64,000 nucleotides of DNA, from NCBI RefSeq assembly GCF_964204645.1, contig NC_134032.1:12264275-12328274 (forward strand), read 5' to 3'. Below, piece after piece: positions 40,101 to 51,100 of this stretch (position 1 is the stretch's first letter; each line of letters opens with the position of its first letter). Under the pieces are notes generated by a model. That model searched no databases. It had not been told where the DNA came from and saw only the letters and a list, made by a program, of their open reading frames with translations. The position numbers and the translations under genes were made by a program. Source of the stretch: Tubulanus polymorphus (taxonomy: Eukaryota > Animalia > Nemertea).

Positions 40101-42031
40101 CTCTGCTTTTGAATACTTTTTGACCTGTGGCTGAAACGGAACTGACGCCTGTGACGACCATAAAGACGCGCTCAATCTTCGATGAACGTCAGAGGTCACC
40201 GGCCTCCTCCAATGCCCGGTTCCCAGTGTGTTCTTCAACTATCGCCCCCTAACAGATGTTACATGCCAATTCAGTCCTCATAATAATTGTGAGCATCTGG
40301 TAGATGAATAAATTATCAGTTCTCATTTCGCCGAGGTCATTCATTATGAATTCAACAGTGAACGACGAATAATAAAAGCGTTACGTTAGAATAATCACAT
40401 CGCGCCCCGGCGTATAATAGAGTACAGTTTTGTAATCATATGTTGACTATAAACACATGTAAAGTGTTGTACTCATTGTCTGAATGTCGTCAAATTAACT
40501 GTTTAAATAATTGTATATAGGGGCTGTAATTATCTATATACAGTATCTATAGCCTATCGGGTCGTAAATAACTTTCATCATAATTCTTCTATCTGACATG
40601 AAAATTGTTATTCTGTAAGTTCGGGTACACAGGTCGTTCTGATTCTCACTGCACGTAGAAGTACTGCTCAACCCTGATGCGCTGAGGGGTTTCGCCAGGT
40701 TTTCCAGCCAATATGGACGTACCAGGGATGAGAAAAATTCTCAAAACGTCAATGATAAATCTCTGGTAAACAGTTGTGATCGATAGACGAACATGATAAG
40801 ACTCATTTGTGAGTAGACTTTTTCGGCTAATGCCCCTGTGAAAGTTACGATGGATTTTGACAAACAATTTTCAACGTAAAAGACCCGAAAAATTGGTGTT
40901 TTTCATTGAAATGTTTCTAGATAATATTGAAGCACTTCTACCGGGTAATAGTGTGGCCGCTTTTATCTGACTATCGTTTTCCCTGACTGTTCTCTGACAT
41001 ACACGTTGTTTTCCCTGACTCATATGAATGAATAATGAAAAAACTTCCGATAACTACAAACAAAAACCACTTTTTAATTTATTATTCAATATACTACTCG
41101 CCGGCCGGGCTATGGCGTAACTATGCGTGACTCAAAACAGGTCCGGGGAATTCGAAATTTGAGTTCACGCTTTTTATTTGGTTTGACTCATTTTCAGTAA
41201 GATCTCTTGTTCGGGCATAAACTGGGAATTTCCATTCTGCCCGAACTTATCCGTTTTACTAACACATGTGGTACGTGTAATGACGAATGACATAGTCATA
41301 ACAGGGCAGGCCACTTTAGGCTTAAATTTGACTCGTTTTTTCCCTTGACTTTCCGCCCGACTATTCCCTGACTTATAAACTGTTTTCCCTGACTTGATCT
41401 GCTAAGAATCCAATCAATTAACACAGTCAAATACGTAAAACATAGACGGAAACTGTTTGATTTTATGTGTAATCTAACAATCTCAACATATTCCCCTGAT
41501 TTTTAGCTTTTTAGAAAATTCCCTGACTATGCCCTGACTTTTTAAGGAAAATAGATTTCCTTCACAACTCCCCGACTTCCACGTAAGAGGGCACCCTATC
41601 TAATCTTATATCCTAACCAGAAAACTGTGGACTATCAATTAATCTAAGAGGGTTTAAGGGGTCTGTAGGACCTTGAGTCAAAGTAATAATAAAGTGTGGA
41701 ACAACGGGTCCCTGGAAAATTTCCGATTACGCGCTTGAATTTCATGAAATCATTAAAGGATTCGATCCACGTTTACTCTAAATCCTAAACCGGCTGGTTA
41801 GTTGGTAGGGGACACGCCCGATTACGCAGTTTCGTAATGAATTCTGTTAGTTCTCATGCGATATTCACTAGTGAGTTTAGGATCAATTGACACGTTAGTG
41901 GCGCGCAGACACCCACACTAATCCCACAGGTGACAAATATCATATATACATACAGAATAATACATATATACGCATAACAGCGTGCCAAATAAGAATTTAT
42001 TACTTAATCATTCATTACCATGAATTATCAC

Positions 42032-42115
<84 letters not shown>

Positions 42116-45100
42116 TGAATAATACAGTTGATGCTCCACAGAGTCTGATCATTTTGGGCAGGAGAAAATTTGTCCAACTCGGGGGTGACTCGTCGGTCGC
42201 TCGATGAGCCGCGATCGCGTGGAGACAATATGACCCAGGAGAAAGTGACCCGAACTGAGTCATGTTTGGCCTGCCCTACATTAGAGAGCGTTTTACGCGT
42301 AAATCACTAACTCGCTACTGAAGGATGCTGTGGCAAGTGAATCAAGTCACTTCCAGAACCAATTAGGATTCGCATAAGATAATTTGACCAGGCCAAGGTC
42401 CTATTTCGGTGAAAGATCCCCTCATATTCCTGGAGATGGGCTGCTATAAGGATAAAGGCCTAAGCCACGATCACACGAGCATTCTGGGTCAGTGCCAAAT
42501 TAGGCCTAGAACATACTGTTCACACAGGAGCCAAATCGGCCCATGTCAATCCGTTGGTCCGATGGCCTGATCAAAAACGTCGGACCAGGCCCAAGCCAAA
42601 TTCTAACACGGGTCAAATTATTGTGTATGAATTGCAACTGGTTCCGGAAGTGACGCACTTTGTTTAGTATCAAGTGAGTGGTTTACGTTTGAACGCGGCT
42701 TCTAATTAGGCACAGGCCAAATACTACTCGGGTCTGATCCGGACCAATTTCGCCCAGGCCGAATTGTCTCCGTGCATGATCGCGGCTACAGTCCAAACAT
42801 CGTTTAAACCGGACAACATTTCGGGATCCGGATGTTTCGTTCTTCGCGCCGGATCTTATATATCGTAGCGCGTTTTACAAACGGTTTCGATAAAACTCAC
42901 CTTGTTGCTGCGTAGAGTGATTTTACCGCCGCATCGAGCGCACGACTTCAGGTTACAATACGTGCATTTGTGTCCGACGCCGTCGGCGAACTTCGTTTTG
43001 TGACATATCTGGCAGACGGCCCCGTTGCCGGTCGCTGGCGCTTGTTGAGACGTTTTCTCATCGGTCAATTTTTTCACTTGTTGCTCGGTTTTTTTAAGAT
43101 CGTCTTGCAATGTTCTGAATATATTGCAAAAAAAAAAAGGATTTTTCGATTAAGATTTTGTGGTTTACATACATTTTCGAGATAAACAGGGGCCCATTTT
43201 ATAGAATGGTTCTTAACTTGAACCCAGGGGCCCAGTTTTCCAGGCTGGTATATACTCAAACCTGAAGCAAAGAATCGATTGTCAATTCAGATATCCCTGT
43301 GTTGAAATTGATTGAAATTGAAACTAAAACCATCAAAACAGCCCCAAAAGCCTCATAGGATTGGCAATCCTCAGTTGCACATTGCGACCCAGAAATCTCT
43401 TCATGGCACCACTCATGGGCCACCTGCAATCCTGATGATCGGAGACCTAGGATCCATTATACGTATATACTACTAGCTACAGGACACATTTTTTATTTTC
43501 AAATATGATGTGGACCCTAACAAGCCAAGGGTCCCTTTTTGATGCAATGGCCAGTTCCATATTCATGGCTTATACTTAAGACAAGTTTAAGACCATAGCC
43601 ACTCTAATTAAAGTCTTAAGATATTTAAGACCACTTTTGGCATAAATATCGACTATATGGAACCCATGTTAGTCCAGTTTAATAACCACGTCTTGCTTCT
43701 TTAGCCGATCCAACAACCTAAAATCAGTCTTTAACCTCATTTAGGTTCTGTAACCAATGTAACAACTTAAGACCAGTCTAGGCTCAATTTGGTTCTATAG
43801 CCAATCTAACACATTAAAACCAGTCTAAGACCGTCTTAGATCCGTAGCAAATCTAACAACTTAAGATCAGTCTTAGCTCATTTTGGTTCTATATCTTAGA
43901 TCTATATTTTTTTCGATATATTTGCAAACGACCTATGCTGTTATTTTCGATATATCTAGTCACACACACACACACTCACATACAGGCATTTTATTGGATA
44001 ATTTCGCTCGTGTGCGTAGCACATATTTATACATTCTGTGAATGTGTCACATTTAACTCATATCAGATACACACACACACATCAGTACCGTGCTTTCATA
44101 TATTATCAATATTATTATATTCCACCGCGGTCTAAAGATCGAAGCGCTAGAGAGAGGAGAGAGAAGAGAGAGGAGACAGAGCTCCACACCCCCAGAAATA
44201 ATTCATTATTCATCCGTCGCCGTTAGTAAAATTATTGATTTATTCCGGCGAGAGAGCTCGAGAGCAAAGGTCATCTATTTATTCTCGCGTTTGAAACAAC
44301 GCTAGCTAAAACCCCCGTGGAAACTACAGGTGGTTTTTTCAGGGCTGCTCCCATTTATCATTAGCGAGTTAAGTATTTTTTCATGAACGTTTCATTGAAA
44401 TATACAAAAGAAAATCATTCAGTTATCGATATGGTAAAGCACTCAGTAGCGTCTTTCACATTTTTGTCCAAATCAATCGGTAATCAACGCGGTCGGACCC
44501 TCAGTAACACCTTTCATATTTCAGTTCACATCAAACAAATCAAATCAGTATTTTTCTGGAAAAAATAGTAACAAAAAAACTGAAAATCTAGAAGAAGATT
44601 TGTTTTTCAGCCTAGAACTTCAGACATTTGTATTCATTGGCCTTGGTGGATTTTACAATGTATATACCTATATTATCTCATGTGCCCGTAGTAACTATCT
44701 TAGATAACCTGTGCCCATTAAGACCGAGTCCTTCATCTATACTGAAGAAGTCCGTTGCATGTACCAGGATTCAAACACATCAACCCTGAATTGATGAGAG
44801 ACCAGTGAAAGACTGACTAACTGACTGCTACCACCAGGATTCAAACACATGAACCCTGGATTGATGCGAGACCAGTGAAAGACTGACTGACTGACTGCTA
44901 CCACCAGGACTCAAACACATGAACCCTGGATTGATGAGAGACCAGTGAAAGACTGACTGACTACTACCACCAGGATTCAAACACATCAACCCTGAATTGA
45001 TGAGAGACCAGTGAAAGACTGACTGACTGACTGCTACCACCAGGATTCAAACACATCAACCCTGAATTGATGAGAGACCAGTGAAAGACTGACTGACTGC

Positions 45101-48100
45101 TAACACCAGGATTCAAACACATCAACCCTGGATTGATGAGAGACCAGTGAAAGACTGACTGACTGCTACCACCAGGATTCAAACACATCAACCCTGAATT
45201 GATGAGAGACCAGTGAAAGACTGACTGACTGACTGCTACCACCAGGATTCAAACACATCAACCCTGAATTGACGAGCGACCAGTGAAAGACTGACTGACT
45301 GCTACCACCAGGACTCAAACACATGAACCCTGGATTGATGAGAGACCAGTGAAAGACTGACTGACTGCTACCACCTGGATTCAAACACATCAACCCTAGA
45401 TTGATGAGAGACCAGTGAAAGACCATCACAACCAGGATCCAAGCACATGAACCCTGAATTGATGAGAGACAAGTGAAAGACTGACTGATTGACTGATACC
45501 ACCAGGATTCACAAACACATGCCCCCCTGGATTGATGAGAGACCAGTACGTGAAAAAGACTGACTGACTACTACCACCAGGACTCAAACACATCAACCCT
45601 AGATTGATGAGAGACAAGTGAAAGACTGACTGATTGACTGATACCACCAGGATTCATAAACACCCCATTATGAACCCCCCCCCCCCCCCGGATTGATGAA
45701 AGACCAGTACGCGAAAAGACAGACTGACTGACAGTCACAGTTACATTATTACAAACTGATGTTCTTGCTTAAGGTTCCATTCGATATATAGAATACGCCG
45801 TTTGAACAGATTTTCTGATCAACAGAAGCTAGTGTTGTAACAGGATTCCCATATAAAGGAACAGCTATACATAAAATAAAGAGATTTTTATTTCTCTATA
45901 GCAGGTGCGTTTGAGTATTAGATGATGATGACGAAGGTTTGTACCAGGAATTCGAAAACTACAAAACTACGTAGGCCTACAAACCACACACACGCGCACC
46001 ACCTGCTGTCACTATACTACCGTACATAACAATGTGTGCGAAACCTTTAACTATCTCAATTTGTGAATAAACACTAAATTAATCACATTCAACTCGAAAT
46101 AATTCATTTACATGTTTTTCTGATAATTCCGAAACAACTGTGACAGGGCGTTGCAAGTATTTTATCAGTAACATGAAATATCAAGAATATAAGCCCCGAT
46201 ACACTGCCCAAATCAGTATGCCTTGTCTAGGATGTTTTTCTGATAATTCCGAAACAACTGTGACAGGGTGTTGCATGTATTTTGGATATTCCAGAATATA
46301 TAGAGGTATTTTGGATATTCCAGAATATGAAGAGGCAAATTTTTCATTTAAGAGGAGGGCCTATATCGGGGTGCTGCTCTTTGACAAATCAAGTATCCAA
46401 GTTTGTGAATGGGGTATTAAGGTCCTTTCTCTGAATTCGCTTTAGAAGTTTCAGAGAGAATTTCTGGAGGTAAAAAGTCATAATTATCATTAGTAGTTAT
46501 CTTAATCATAATAAAAATCATGATTTCAATGCAAAAATCTTTTCTGAGAGATAACTTCTGACAAATTTGTTGAGAGACTCTAGGGGTTGGTTCCCATATA
46601 GACGATTGACTGTCTAAATTCAACTGAACTATAAAGACTGACCTGACTATATTGTCTTTATCTACGTTTGTAGCAGTTTTCACCACAATTTGACATCTAA
46701 AATAGTAGTTTAATTGAAAATGAACTAGAAACCAATCTGATTCAATATCAATATTTACAGTTATAACAAACGTCTTGCATATTGAATAAGTTTTGAAAAT
46801 GACTGATAAAATTCAGTCATAATATCTCGACTTTTTCCTCGAAATTGAAAGTATTTTCTTGAACTCAATGGGGAACCGCGTCACCCCTCGATCAGTGCCT
46901 GTACACAGAATAAATTTTTCACAGAATAAATCACAATCGGCCATCTTTAAAAAACCTTCAGAAAGTTTGTTATACAATCAACCCTCGATATACCACACGT
47001 ACATATTGCTGATTTAGGATTTTGGCGAAATTTTGATAAAATTCCTAAAAGTCAATTTTGAGATTTAAAAAAGTTTATTAGTGACATGACATATCAAGAA
47101 TATACGCCCCAATACACTGCCCAAATCAGTATGCCTACGTCTAGGAGAGTATGGCCGTATATCAGGGGTTGATTACCACTAGTCTCAAGACAAAATACAG
47201 TCGACTACACCAATTGATGTGAACCCGGGGCAGACTTAGAAAGGAGCACAAAGAAAAGAAAAGGTGATCAAGAGTTAGTGTCCACGTATAGCATGCGCAT
47301 GAAGCCGAAACAGGGGTTTGGAAAATCTTGAAATTTCAGAGCGTTTTAATGCAATTTTCATGCACTTGAGTGATATAAAAATGAATATAAGCCGAGTCTT
47401 GGGCAACTTAGCTGCTGTTCTATCAATAATGGCTGGAAAAATAACCCTGAAAAAATTGTCTTTATTTAAAAGAAATGCACAGGACTCCCTGTGCTCTTAT
47501 CCGGGTCCGGCCCTGGAACCCCTGTTGACTTACCCTTACTAAAATATGCGAATTAATCCAAAAATATTACAATAACCACGATTGAGAAATATTCCGAAAA
47601 AAAAACACTGCGGTAACACTTTTTAAACGGCGAACCAGAAACTAAAGCCACATGATTACACGAACGCGCGCTAGATTTCAATTTCGAACGTCGCCGTTAA
47701 ACGTTCGATTTATTTCCGATACCGATACGGAACGAACCAATCAGTGACGGAGTCGGTCGTTAAAGAGAGGCAGACGGCACTCGCGAGGGATCACCAAGAA
47801 CCTCGTTGTTTAATCTTCACTCAAAAGATCATCCGCGTTCCGTTGCTATGACGTCACTAACGAATCGATGACATCATTTATGACATCACCAAGGTAACGG
47901 CGTGACAATACTTTTTGATTCTATGACATCACGACGCGCAGTAGCCTCGTTCTCTCTCTCCTCTCTCTTCTCTCTCACGAAAAAAAAGATACCAATTACT
48001 TAAGCCTGATATAACGTTTTGTTGCCGTCAGCGCTGACGATCGCTACGGTAACCGACGACGGATGAATGGAGCATCAGCGAAATCTCCGGTAAAAAGTTT

Positions 48101-51100
48101 TCTACGCAATCGGGAAAAAATGGGGAAAAGTTCATTCCGAAGTAAAGTCCACCAAAAGTATGATTCCCTCCTACAGCCAAACCCGCCGAGCTGTGGAGGG
48201 CGGGGTTCACCTAGAAATGATTGTTACTGTTCTACTTGCTGTTCTCCCACGTTCTCGCCATCATGAGACCCCAAGGTCAGCAGTGGTAAGCGGACAGATC
48301 TAAGTGGGGGGTCAAGGGTCCGGCCTCAGAAAATCTTTTTTTTAAATTTGACAAGCGGAGACACGTTGTGGGCAAGATCGGAGTTATTACAACTCAAATC
48401 TTAAATTCACCGTTCAATTTATTTAAATTGGATACCTAATCGAATAACTTATCGACGGACCACATATCAGTTTTCAGAGATTTTTCATATCAGTCGTCTT
48501 CATTCACACAAAAAAATCAGTCCAGAAAGAATTTGTGAGGAATTTCTGGAAAGAGGGAACACATGACACGGTGTAGACTGATATCAATCGCAGTGTTAAT
48601 TAGCAAAACCCACAGTTGATGATTCAACAATTTATTCCGACAGTTTCTTGAAGTTTTCACTAAACTTCATTATTAGAGAAACAAAATAGGGAACAATGCT
48701 CCCAGTGAACCCCTGGAACCAGCGCACTCTTAATTCAACGGGTATGCCAAGGTGATGGTTTTTGGACTGTTTAGCTGAACGTGTCCCAGTAACGTCATGA
48801 ATTCAGATTAGAGAAATTGAATAGGACGATTAATAATTAATCTGAATAAAATTTGAACAGCTAACAATGGTAGAAATTCAGATAGGTTTTATGATTCTAG
48901 AAATGTTTCAGCGATAGGGGCGTGGCAATACAGGTTCCCAGAGCTAACGATTTCAAAACTGACCATCTATGCCCCACACGTGTTCATGACTTCACCTGAA
49001 ACATTTTCTGAACACCCCACATTACAAATTTCAACAGCACACTTACAAAAACCGTTCATCCACACTTCACATGCGTTCACAACATTTTTGATCGAAAATG
49101 AACTACAAACACCAGACACCAGATATTTCTATCAGCACACTTTTAAAAGTGATTTCAAAGACTTCACATGTGTTCAATGCTTAACTCAAGGGAAAATGAA
49201 CTAAAAACACCAGACATTACATAGGCAACCTCTAAATTTTCATTATGTGAAATTGATGTGAAACTGGCCCTTGCTGGTGCGGCTGCTACTGCTGCTGCTG
49301 TTATATCTCTTGTTACTTACAACACTTGTATTGATATCGTGAACTATTGAAACTAATTTTGTCGATGCAAATTTTTTTTGTGGACAATAATTATCGATCT
49401 ACCTCCACAGGTAAGCACACTTTCAAAAAATGACCTATTGGACATTCATCCTCATGTCTTCAACTGACCAGGCATCACAGAGTGGCCTCAAGATAGGGGA
49501 GGGCTAAGTGGCTAAGTTCTTTGCACTGTAAAGGCGTTCTAGGATCAGAAGGGCTGAAAGTGCGAATTTTCTATCGGGGATTCAGGGTTCACTTATCAAA
49601 TGGAAAATTTACCAACTATGATTTCGAGTTTATGAAGAAGCAAGGTATTGCCAAAATTAGCCCCTCCCCTGGCTTAAGACATTTTCGCTGTCTAAAGTCT
49701 AATCGAGGTTTAAGATTTGCACCCTGAATAAAGCTGTAACTAACCCAGGGACTCGGCATGAAGGCTAACTCGGTACAAATCCTGCTATATGATATCGATA
49801 CATAATAGAATTGTATTAGCGGGTCTATTCGTTGTATAGTGAAATCGGGAGGCAACCTCTATCAACCACTGAGATCAATACCTGCATCGAGCCAATTCAT
49901 ATTGTTTTATTGTTATTCCTCCCCAGAACAATGCTTAACATTGGACAGAACTCGATCAACAAAACTTAAGGCGCCCGTTTTAATAGGGGCTGGGTCCAGT
50001 TCCACAGTTCTGAGTGAAGATTTAACTCATTGAAAATGAACAAACTCAAGAGTTAACTCTTACTCGTAACTGTGGAACTGGGTACGGGATCTTTCATGGC
50101 GAGTTGATTCAGAGTTAAATATTAACTCAGAACTGTGGAACTGGACCCAGGACCCAGTTCCACAGTTATGAGTTAAGATTTGACTCAGAGTTAACTCTTT
50201 GAAAATGAACTAATTTCAACTCAGAGTTAACATTAACTTTTGACTGCGGAACTGGGTCCTGGGTATCAAAATTATTCCTCGATAACTCCTCAAGCTGGTA
50301 CGCCTAGCCTACTCAGTTTCATTGACTGGAGCATCGAGTCTATTCCTAAGGACTACTCCCAATGACGGATCCAGCCCGCCACCACTACTGCTTTCGAGCG
50401 GTACTCTGATTCGTAGAAGTTTCCTTTTTTTCAAGTTTGTCGTGAAAAATCCCGTTTTACCAGGAAAAAATTACCTCTGGCAAATGATTTATCGATGAGT
50501 TGATTTGACTTGGATCAGGGATATGTGATTTTGACCCGCGCTGATATTCTTATTCCGGGTTAGTATTCTAGTAGTCGAGTAAGCCTAGTCAATTTGAATA
50601 ATCGAAAATGGTAAACTTCTCATTTCTTTCAGGCCTACATTCTCTCTAGCAGGTCAAAATGGAATATTTTGTGGATAGATTTGTTGCCCCTTATGTGCTC
50701 AGATTTCATCCCAGAGTCCTAAAAAATTCGAAACTTGTATCAGTGCCCTTCCACAGTTGGACTTCACAATCTCATCGCGAGGAACTGACCTTTTAAACAT
50801 TCTACTTGTAACAATTGATAATTTTCACCTCATAGGGGTCCTCTCTGCTATGAGTGACCCCTACACTCAAAGGGTTTCAAAGAGGCCTCTCACAATAGGC
50901 CTATCAGTTTTCATATCTTACATTAAAAAAGTATATATTTTGTGCATAGAATAGTCTCATGCAACATTCTAATCGTTTGTTAATTTCATGATGATGATGA
51001 TGATGATGATGAAGATGATGATGATGATGATGATGATATTGAGAGCTCTATCAAATTAGGAATAGGCGCGAAAAAAATCCACACGCGTAAGAAATCTCCA

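Noticed and set aside
44762-45732. Regular repeat resembling a CRISPR array, with repetitive ORFs
   Set aside because: No unique spacers, eukaryotic context and no cas genes; it is a minisatellite. The same applies to 54392-54752.
43980-49343. Cassette-exon candidates in intron 1 (56 nt near 43980-44035, 5 nt near 47536, 23 nt near 49321)
   Set aside because: None preserves the phase-2 frame. They could be non-coding or cryptic, but there is no support.
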